In this document: in pieces, positions 13,313 to 24,900 of the stretch
Position numbering within the stretch: position 1 is the stretch's first letter
Layout of the letters: each line of letters starts with the position of its first letter
NCBI GenBank assembly: GCA_012295275.1
Contig: CM022677.1
Span: 7,626,001 to 7,690,000, forward strand
Direction of reading: 5' to 3'
DNA: 64,000 bases
From: Chrysomallon squamiferum
Taxonomy: Eukaryota; Animalia; Mollusca
Made by a program: the position numbers and the translations under genes
Notes under the pieces: model-generated
The model's input: only the letters and a program-made list of their open reading frames with translations
Databases searched by the model: none
Told to the model about the DNA's origin: nothing

Positions 13313-13741
13313 ATTAATTTTCAGGTATATTTTCAACCAATGGAATCCAATAATTTTATTGAATTTAATTAGTGGACACTGCTTAATCATTTGATAAGCA
13401 TTTTAAATAATGAATGCTTTTTACATTAAAATTATAGATCAGATGGAAATATTTATAGGATATTCTTTTTTTGTTATATTAATATATCAATATCTAAAAG
13501 GTAAATAACATCTGTTTTATATTAATAATAATAATTCTATGTTGAAAATATCTAATTTGTTGAAATCTAAAATTTACAAAAAGAAAATTTATATTTTGAT
13601 ATAACTCTGAACTTGAAATATGATAAGGATAGCGAGAACTTAAAAATACAAGAATTGTTTTCTACATTATACTTTTGTCTGATGGTAAAAGGAGAAACAA
13701 ATGAATATTTGTTATATTAAATATAATAAACAATAAAATCT

Positions 13742-13865
13742 TTCTTAATAATAGTTACCAGCGAATATATTCACAAATAGAGTTATTTTCCTTTAATATG
13801 AAAACGAATACTTTCTCGGAGGGAGTTATCTCCCCTTTCTTACATTAAAAAAGGGTTTATCAGAA
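13742..13865 (+). repeat. Solo second copy of the left terminus and flank of the 12358-13312 element
   Basis: TCTTAATAATAGTTACCAGCGAATATATTCACAAATAGAGTTATT...AAGGGTTTATCAGA duplicates 12344-12464. Confidence 0.85.
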
Positions 13866-15221
13866 TTACTTGATATGAAATCAGTTTGAGGAAATATGTG
13901 AATAGAAGATTCATCAAAGTTTGTGAAAATATTTAATGTAATAAAAAATGTATTATTGATTCATTATGCCACTATTTGTTATTTTTCGTTTAAAATTATT
14001 ATCAAAATTATCAAACAATTATTTAATAATTTAGTATATATTCTTAAAATTTAATTTCATATCATTTCTTTAGCACTTAACTAAATGAATTAAATGAAAC
14101 AGAAATCTAAATTACAAAATACATAATTATTTTTTTTTTATTTCTTTTTTCAAAATTTGTTTTGTTGTTGTTAATGTTGTTATCCATTATCATCGTTATA
14201 TTCATTCCTATTAATGGACAACAGGGTTATTTCCCTTAGACTACTTTGTCTATGAAATTGACTAATTATTATTATTATTATTATTAGTAGTAGTAGTAGT
14301 AGTAGTAGTATCTCTGTTTGTGCATTCTTAGTTTATTTCATATATTTAAAATGTTTCTTTACTAAAAACTTAATATTTATTCATTCATACTATTCAGAAT
14401 AAAAATAAGAATTTAAATTTATTACGACATTCTGTTTTGATACGTGAAAAATTGTATATATTATTTATTATAATTAGAGAAAGAGAGATTTGGGTTTCAC
14501 TACGACTAAGATTGTACGTTTTCATGAAAATTTCATTTCACTGTAAAAAGGTAGCATAAAAATTTCAATTACATATGAATACTGTTTTTCTGCCATTTCA
14601 TACTGACACATTTAAATTTCACAGATATAATGATTTTTAGAGCGCAGAATGTAACATCAATTCAGGTGTTTAAAAGTGTAATTAAGTGTGTGTGTGTGTG
14701 TGTGTGTGTCATCTTTCTTTCATTTTTGTTTGTTTTTATTTTTGTTGTTGATATTATTGCTAACACTGTTATTTTTTTTTACTGTGGTACATAATTATTA
14801 CTGTTTTTATTATTGTTATTATTGCTAATATTGCTAATTATAGCTGTTGCTTTTGCTGTTAGTTAATTTTGCTTTAGGCAGAATTGATAAGTTTGTGTGG
14901 AGAGAAGAAAGCGAGTTACAGAGAGAGTTAGAGAGAAAAAGAGACAGAGAAAAACACATGGAGAGAGATACAGACAGACAGACAGACAGAAAGAGACAGA
15001 GACACAGATAGTGTCAGAAAGACAGAAAAAGTGAGTCAGAGACACATAGACAGTCAGAGACAAAGAGAGAAAGACAGTGAGAGAGACAGTGAGATAAAGA
15101 GAGACAGATAGGGACTGAGACAGAGGGAGAAAGAGACAGAGAAAAAGAGACGGGACATAGGGAGATATTCATCCTTGGTATTCAGGTTAAAACAGAGAAT
15201 ATTCTATATAGATTTATCTCC

Positions 15222-15421
15222 NNNNNNNNNNNNNNNNNNNNNNNNNNNNNNNNNNNNNNNNNNNNNNNNNNNNNNNNNNNNNNNNNNNNNNNNNNNNNNN
15301 NNNNNNNNNNNNNNNNNNNNNNNNNNNNNNNNNNNNNNNNNNNNNNNNNNNNNNNNNNNNNNNNNNNNNNNNNNNNNNNNNNNNNNNNNNNNNNNNNNNN
15401 NNNNNNNNNNNNNNNNNNNNN
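15222..15421. other. Assembly gap (200 N)
   Basis: Run of N. Confidence 1.
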
Positions 15422-16128
15422 ACTCACTGACACACACACACACACACACTATATCTGAGTAGTAGCAATTATCACTATTGCTGATACACACAAACACACA
15501 TTTAAAAAATTAAAATCAATAACAGTTACTTTTAATGAATCAGATGGTACTACTGACCACAAATGGCTTTCACAGCATCTGTGCCAGCTGTTCTCAACTC
15601 ATCTAAGTTAATGGTTGCTAGCTGAGTCAGTGACATCAACAAAGGTAATTGTCCAAAAGTACTTGAGTTTAGTTCTGCTTTTCTTAAACTGACATATTTC
15701 AAGTTTGTAAATTTCTCTGTGGACAGTTTCTTTGTGAGTCCATCAGCTTCATTAATGCCATACATCAGAACTTTGATTTGATTGATCTTGATAAAATTGA
15801 AAAAAAATAAAATAAATCATTCATCTTTTATATACATACCACAACACTACTGAAACACCCATGGAAAAAGCTAGCAAGTACATTTACAGAGACACATATA
15901 GACAGACAGACAGAAACTCAGAAACAAACGCACCAACTAATCCTAAATACCAACAACAGATGACAAATACATTGAGATGCCAGACACAGACACAAATAGA
16001 ATGACAAAGAATGAATGAGAAAAAAAATACAGAGAAGAAAGACAGTGTTAAGTAGAATGAGGTTGATAATTATGGATAAAGAAAAAATAGAAACGAAAAA
16101 TATACAGACAGAAAGCATGTGTAGGAGT

Positions 16129-16130
<2 letters not shown>

Positions 16131-16221
<91 letters not shown>

Positions 16222-16256
16222 AAAGAAAAAAGAAACAAGAGAGAGAGAGAGAGAGA
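16131..16256. repeat. (AG)n microsatellite
   Basis: Long pure AG run 16131-16218 plus a short second run. Confidence 0.95.
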
Positions 16257-17665
16257 TTAATATCTTATAATGAAAAATATACAAATCTAAATTAACCATC
16301 AACAGTAAGTGTTTGGTTGTATTTAGTAGAAGACATCATCATGTTTTAACAATAGTAATAGTATCAACAGCTGTAGTAGTTGTCGTAGTAGTTGTAGTAA
16401 AACTAGCAATAGAACTAGTAGTAACAGTGGTACTGTTGACAGAGCAGTAGTTGTAGTAGGTTTAGTATTAGTAACATTAGTAACAAAAGCAGTGGTAGCA
16501 GTAGTAGCAACTGTAGTAGTAGTAGTAGTAACAGCAGCAGTAATACTAGAAGTAGTAATAGTTTTAGTATTAATAGTACTAGTAGTAATACATAGATTAA
16601 TTTATGTGTTTGTGTGTGTATGTGTGTCTTTGTATGCAAATGTGTACACCAACACACACACACACACACACACACCAATGTAAACACAAACCATGGATTC
16701 ATATATATTTTATTTATACTCGTCAATATTCAGTCCATTTTCAGATGTTTACCTCTATCACAGTGTGTGAGTGCATGCGTGCATGGCTTAGGGTCCAGAC
16801 AGAAAATGGTCTTAGGGTCCAGACAGATTCCATTTATCCTGTACGGATAAAGGAATCACTAAAGGGAGGCTAATGATATAATTTTTCTTTATTTAGTGAG
16901 TACATCTCCCCCTCAGACACGTATCACTAAAGGGAGTAACGCTAATCAATAACAGAAACAAGCTGAAACTTTAAAACTTTAAAACAATATTATATATAAA
17001 GAAAGTAATTTTTGATTCCATTTATCCTGCTGTGGAACCTCCAAAAACACTGGATAATCATCATCTCTCTCAAAAATCCACTAAAAGCACTTTCACATAC
17101 ACATTTATGTATCCATTCTCTCTAACACACACATATAGTTATACATACACACAGACACATACACAATTTATCTATGTTAATCTGTATATATCTTTCTATA
17201 TATGTAACTAATTATTGTCTACCTAACCTATCAATCTATTTCTCAAGCTATCAATATGTCTAACTATCTCTATATCAATCTATCTTACTCTCTCGGTTAC
17301 AAATAGCACAGTCTATCTTGCACACACACACACACACATTTATGTATACACTCTCTCTATTTATATCGTATTTAATTATTTAAATACATTCTTTTTATCT
17401 ATTTTTCTATCTATAAATATATTTATTTATCTATCTATTTATCCCATATACATCAGCAAAAACTCAGTATTTCCTCAAGTTGTGCAGTATATACTCATGC
17501 CTCCTTCCATCTATCTAGCTTTCTTCTGTCTATCAATTTACCTCTCTATTGACACTTTTTTACACACACACACACACATACACATACATATATGTAGGTA
17601 TATATACATACTAATCATCTTTAAACACACAAATACATTATCATTCTTATACATGTATATATATA

Positions 17666-18930
17666 TACTCTCCCAAAAAAGAAATGCAAAACGGTTGATT
17701 TCTTAGATAACTATTGTAAACTGACACATCCAAACTATGAATATAATGACATTTGGTGATTCAAACGTATAGCTTTTGTTACAATCGCCAAAAAGCAGGT
17801 AACACAAAATAAAGACTATGATTGTGTTTATTAGCCAAAACGTGCCCAATACAAACCACGTTACCAGTGCATGTGCAGGTGCGGCACAAGAAACTTGAAT
17901 ATGAGTGTTATAAAAATGCAAGGTTTTCAAAAACTTCTGTTCGTTATTTTTGTTCTGACCCAACAACAAACAAATGCCACGACTGAGTGAACCGCAACAA
18001 AACCATGCCATCGGCCGTTTACAAGCTGGCGAATCTTTCTCAGCCATAGCCCAGATGTTCCATGTATCCCCAAGCACCATCTTGAGATTGTGGTATCAGT
18101 TCCAGCAACACACAAAACAACATGTGATGGTCCCAGACCAAGTGTATCCATCAGGACCCAGGACTGCTACACACGGGTACTTCATCTACGGGAAAGAACC
18201 ACCATGGCAACCTCTACTGCTTCAGCAATACCAGTCTGCATAGAATATCGGCTCTGACAGTGTGCAATTGTTTACACGAGGCAGGTATTCGAGCCAGACA
18301 GCCTGTAAGAAGAGTGGTTTTGACTAACAACATCGTCGACTACGACATCAGTGGTGTCAACTGCACAGAGTCTGGCCTCAGTTACGATGGAGAACTGTCT
18401 GAGGTGATGAGGCTCCATTTCAGCTTCATCAAGCTGATGGAAGATGTCGAGTTTACAGACGTCGTGGTGAACATTTTGCTGCAAACTGCATACAGGAAGC
18501 GGACAGATTTGGCGGTGGTAGTGTGATGGTGTGGGCAGCAATCTCATACACTGGCAGGACCAACCTGGCCCTCTGAATCTCTGGATTTGAACCCTATAGA
18601 GCATTTGTGGGAAGAGTTGGATAGATGACTGAGACAGCATCAACCACAGCCACAGAATCGTGCTCAGTTGGCATTATTACTACAGACAGAGTGGGCCACC
18701 ATTCCACAAGGTGTAATTCATAATGTCATTACTGCCATGGGAAGGAGATGTCAGGCAGTTCTGGACTCCCATGGTGGGCACACAAGGTATTGATATTATA
18801 CTGACATAAACTTGAACTTTAATCTTTTCAATGTAATGCCATCAATATTAATGGATTGCAAAAGTGTGTGTAAAATGTGAACATTCTGCTGCTTTCTGTT
18901 GATCCATTAATGTCAATAAAATCTACTTTG
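17666..18930 (+). mobile_element. Degenerate Tc1 (DD34E-type) transposon inside the last intron of the pseudogene
   Basis: Starts TA-CTCTCCCAAAAAAGAAATGCA. Broken transposase 17974-18793: MPRLSEPQQNHAIGRLQAGES...IAQMFHVSPSTILRL (HTH), GDE (first Asp), DRFGGGSVMVWAAISYTGRTNL, SLDLNPIEHLWEEL, GGHTRY*. Second-Asp segment deleted; right TIR not found. Confidence 0.93.
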
Positions 18931-21900
18931 TATATATATATATATATACACATTCCCATTCCTTAACACACATGTCTATCTATATGTCTGTCAGTCTGTC
19001 TACAAATCAATCTAAAAACAATATGTTTATGAATTTTCTTCTATTTGTCAACAAAGGTATCAATGAAAACAATGTACTTTATGTATCTATATTATGATAA
19101 TTTACAAAGAATTCAAATTGTTTTTAAATTTTCATTAAAGTATATATGAATGGGTTGGAATGACTTAGGAACTACTTTAAATCAAGTTTTCATCAATATA
19201 CTTTTATGTGACTGGAGAAATGTTAATTGATTTGATTCTGTTTTATTTTCCCTCTCTAAGTATATAACAGTTTTATTTACCAAAACAGGTGAACTGGGGA
19301 TACATGTTGGTGGGTGGTGTTGCCTGCACATCCCTCCTAACTCCAGTGACATCGGCTTTACTTTCTGTATAAATAAAATTTCAAAATATAATAAAATAAA
19401 CATATCATATAGAAATTAATAACAAACGTGTTACACAGATAAATAAAAAATGAAACAATATAAAACACCTACTCAAAAACATTATTTATGAATATATATA
19501 AGTCTTCAAGTTCAAACTCATGTAAATAAATATAATAATTATACCTTCTTGTAAAGTGGTAACAAATCATTAAACACATATAAAAAAATTATCTAAAAGA
19601 TCTACTAACATGAATCTAATTTAATCTGAATGAAAAACAAACATTTTACACTTTTTAAAACATAATTTAATTAGATTATTGCATGTGTTAAGAACTTTAA
19701 TTAGATTATTGCATGTGTTCAGTAATTTAATTATAAAGGTAACATTTTCAAACATTCATCTGACTGCATTGTTTTATTTCACAGCTTTATTTCATACTTT
19801 TAATAATATGAATAATATGAATTAATACAAACCAGAACATCAGGAGCTGTCTGACTGTTTGCTAGTCTGCTTTTAACAGATGCTATCTCTTTAGCAATTT
19901 TAACTTTCAATTCATCAGTTGTTAAACCAGAGATAGTGTTCTAGAAAAATAGATAGGTTAGACAAATGTATTCAAAACAGTTTATTATTACTTTATTATT
20001 ATTATTCGTATTACCATTTAATATATGTTTTTATATTTTCTTTTCAGACTGATATTAAACTATAATATTATCAGCATTTTTGTTTCATTTTAGTTTTATT
20101 ATTAATTTGTTATTAAAATATCTTTTGACACGAAAAGCTGGTTTCAGCGATGAGACTTTCAGAAAAACATCTGTGTTCTTTATGGATCTAGATCAAATTT
20201 TATGTTATTACAATTTATTCTGTAGGAAATATCCTGGATTTAATCTGTAATATATGTTACAAAAATATACATACACTTGTGCATTAGTTTTGATTACTTG
20301 CTTACAGACTGAAATAAATGACTAACCAATACCTGAACCAAAAAATATATATGAACTCTAAAGGTGTCTTACTTATTACTGACAAATTCATATTTTTGTT
20401 ATATCACTATATACTGTTTTCTTTAAACACAGTGTTATGTACGAAGAATCCCTTTAAAAATTACCTTACATATATTTTGATATTAAATAGAATTAATGAC
20501 AAATTATTTTTATTGTTTCTTCTTTTTAATTTTTATTCATCAGATATTGATGAACTATCATAAAAAAGAAAATGTTTTTGTTTTGTTATCACTGAATAAA
20601 ACAATGAATAGAAAGATATTTGTTTTGTTTATTTTTTTACTGTTTTGATGGTTTCTTTTTATTATTATTTTGTGGAAAAAAGTATCAACTTTATGAAATA
20701 CCTGACAAATTCTAATCATGTTTGTTTCCTGTATAGAGGCAAAAATAATCAAGTTACAAATTAACATAGTAAACAATAATCAAAGAATAAGACATGGTTT
20801 CAGTTGTACTTATTAAAGTCTAAGTTTTCACTTGTACAAGTTAACCAACCTGATAATCCATGCATTCTCTATCAAAATCTTGGTGGACCGATTTCCAACT
20901 GTGCTGCAAGTCATACTGCCCGACTCTTTTCTCTTTCAATACATTTTCCTGCAAACAAAATTACATCTTCTACAATACTGATCACCTCTTACATAATAAA
21001 CTTGCAACTGGCCAATATACAATGATGTATTTAATGAAGGCAAAGTTGCAAAAGAAAAAAAGTCAAAGTAAACCTGCCTGTAATCGTATCAACTGAAAAA
21101 TATATAAATGTAAGGCATTCAGCAGGTTTTCAGTTATTTAGGAATATTTTGTTAATTTAAACTGTTTATATTATTTCTGATCAGATTGAAATTACGGCAG
21201 ATAAATTATCAAACCAAAATTTGTGTGTTTTTATTTTTAAGATACTGATGTATGATGGAAGAATGAATGCGTCCATTAAATTCAAGAAAAAATATATATT
21301 AGAACTGAACTAACTTCTAATTCGGAACATATTTCCTTCTCTCTCTCCAGTGTTTCTTGCAGCTGGCAGATGTCACTAATTTTTCAAAAGATTATCATAT
21401 TTAGAAAAAAATGAGGTTTAATAAAAACAATAACAGCATTTCTTAAACAAAATCTAAACAAATTATTTACATTTTGTTTCTAATATATATTATTCTAATG
21501 AAAAATCTAGGAAAAGTATTTTATAAAAATATTTCTAAGGATTTGTTAGTTTAACCAACTGTAAATACCATTAACAAAGTTAAGTAATATAGCTTAGACA
21601 CAGAACTACTTAAATTATAAAATAAAATAAAATAAAATAAATATTCACACATTCAGCGTTACAGTAATCATATCTCTTTTTCTCCAAAGTAAACCTGTTT
21701 TACCAAAATAAGTTTTTATTTGTGAGGCTTATTGCTGAACTGTGAAAAAAAAAAAAAAAAACTCATTTATTAATAGTTTTGGGACAAAAATATTTTCTGC
21801 ATACTGGTGTTAGAGAATAAGCTGACAGACACAAGTAGCAAGGAATCTTTTATATGCACCTTTACATGGAGACAAAACACCATACACCTGTAGGCCAGTT

Positions 21901-24900
21901 ACACCAAGCCTGCACTCAAACCACTGATGTGTTTTCTGTTCCTTTAATTCATGTACAATTAATATGTCATGGATTCACATTTATTTTCTACATCTCTGAA
22001 ATAATCTCAGCATTTCTGTGGAAGATTACTTTCAAAAATGAGACACAGAGTTTGTTTGCTGAATGATAAAACTGTGGCATGACAAATAAAAGATGCATCT
22101 TAGATCAAGAGAAACAAAATTAATCATTCTGAAGAAGATACAACTCATGTACTTTAAAGGTATATTATGATCACAGCTTAACCATTATAGAACTGCCGGG
22201 CAAATGAAAATGTATTACATTTGAATTTTGGTGCCAGCCAAAACAAATGCTAAAGACAATGACATTAATGCTATAAGGAAAGTTATAAATATAAAGATAC
22301 TAACCTTGTTAAATTTTCAATACTGCAACAGTTTGCTTTCAGTCTGCAAATCTTTTATTTCTTTTCTTTTTTCTGCGAGTCCTTGAGAACTTTCCACAAG
22401 CTGACCTCTCAGTTGCTCAATCTGAAAATTAAAATCATTATTGCAAAGTTATTTTATTGAAGACAACAAAGTATCAAATATACATCATAAACATGTTATT
22501 TACTGCTCCAGACTTTTTCTGCTGAATCAGTCCTACTTTTTATTATTATTATTCTTTTTATTTATTTAATTTTTTCTTATAAATGCTGAAAGTAATTTAT
22601 TCTATGATCCAGTTCTCAGCCACCTTTCATTCTAATTTTACATATTTAATTTTCTTCAGAATGCTCAACTGTTTATTTTAAAATGAATAAATACATAATG
22701 GAAGCCAACATAATTCAGTGACCATTAAATAATAATTTTTTCTACCATTTTACTTGGAATTATTATTAAAACTGATTATAATTAAAAAATTCGGTATCAA
22801 AATATTTAATTAAATAATAAATACTGATTTATGTCCCACCATTTCTGTGGTATTAAGGCACCTGTGAATGTACAAAGACACCAGCTGCTCAAATCATTCA
22901 TAAGATGAAATATTTTTTAAACTGCATATGTTCTTAACTTGAACCCCACCTATAGATATCAATAAAAACTTCTACAGCTGATGTTAATCATGCCTGCTAC
23001 AGAATTCTGGCATATATTATGTAATAAGAATACAATTTGATTTCTTCTTCTATTTAAATCCGAGTACGTTTTAATAAAGTATGGTAACTTCCAAGTAATA
23101 ATAATTATTTTATTTATTCAGAAAGGAAATAGTATTTTTATTTATTTAGTTGTTATTGTTTGTTTTTTTGTTTTTTTACTTTTTATTTTTTTAGATACAT
23201 TTTTATATAAATAGAAAACATTTCAAACAGAAATGAAATGGAAGAAAAACCAATTATTACAAGGGCACTGCATCCTCAGTCTCTAAAGTTCTTTTACTTT
23301 GAATATAAAAACAGACTCACACACACACACACACAAACACACATATACACAAAAATAATAGTAAAAAAAAAAAAAATCTCTAGCATGGGAAGTTAAATCA
23401 AAATGTATTTAGGCTATATTTTAAAGAAAACATTCCATACCTCTTGAAGCCATTGCTGAGTTTGGAATCTCTCTGCTGACAACGATTCTTCCAGTTACAG
23501 AATTTAGTTCTCATCAGTCATATCTTTGTCATCAGCACTAATTTTTATTTCTTCTGAAAGGTCACAGATTCTTCTGAGATTTCCATTTTCAACTATATTA
23601 AAAATTAAGTGTAAAATTACCACATAATAATCTTAATAGGAATAAAATGCTTTAAGTGTTAATATAAATAATATATAGTTATTGTTTTTTACCTTCCAAC
23701 CTCTTCAATATGGTAACTATCTGCTTGTAACTGTAAAATAAAATAATATTAGATTGGCATTTCTGTCTTCTAGTACTGGGGCTTTTAGTAATAATTTAAA
23801 CACAATCAGTTTTGCCCACATCTCACTTCAAAAAATGTAAAGAAACAAATGTTAAATTAACTCCTAAAGAAAAAAGATTACAGTAATTAAAAAAAACAAA
23901 AACAAAAAGCAACTCATACAATACATTACTGCTTAGAATTAATCATGGTTCAAACTTATTTCAAGATATTGATTATGTTGTAAAACTATATGAATGAAAC
24001 TTCAAGACTCATCAGAACAAAAATCTATCAGAGAGAGATACATTTGGACAAAAACATAATTTTAATTATTTAGTATATCTCACCTATATTTAGACTGCAA
24101 ATTTAACTTTTCTTGTTACATTTTCTCCACTTGCAGATGACAACGACCCACACAGTTACATGTCACTGCAATACTGACATTTGTAAGAAGCATCACTAAC
24201 TTCTTTCAGTAATTGGTTAATGTTAATCTAAAAACAATTTTTTTTATGATGGACTTTATTCATAAAGCATTGTTGTATGTTGTGAACTTAGACAAGTCCT
24301 TTCAATAATATTTAAAAAACTAAAAAAAAAAAAAAAATTTAATCATGACTCATTTAATCATGATGACTTTGAACAATAGATGAATAAATATAATAATATT
24401 AATTGTCCATTACAAGCAAGATATTTTGAAATACTGATCAAAAAACAGCATTTACTAAAAACTAAAGTACAATAAAAGAATGATAATTAATATGTAACAG
24501 ACCAATGAAACAGTAACATTCACTTTGTCTTCTTCTGTATCAAGATAAGTCCAAATCAGTTATGAAGATGTTTCTGCAGGAGCAACTATTATTCAGTAGC
24601 TTTATTGTACCAACCTTGTCTTTTTCACACAAAGGTGATGCCAAAAAATATAGATTACTTTAACATTAACATACTATTAAGCTGATTACTGACTTGTTAC
24701 TATTTTATAATTATTACCACGAGTTCATAATAAATGGAGGTATTATGGACAGAACCAACTCTCACGCATGGAAATGTATGCTACCGGATCTTCCTCATCA
24801 AAACTACACTGTCAAAACACAGAAGAAGATGATACACAATCCTTTCACAGGTTTGTCAGGCTGCAAGAAAATTAGTTTTAGAAATTTATCAAAGAGGGAA

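Noticed and set aside
15175-15497. ORFs spanning the N gap (also 47726-48028)
   Set aside because: Open only because Ns hide stop codons.
15918-16873. ORFs with poly-SL/ER/TH/L/I/N tracts (also 33181-35480, 38301-38528, 44981-46529, 52994-53460)
   Set aside because: Translations of microsatellites, not genes.
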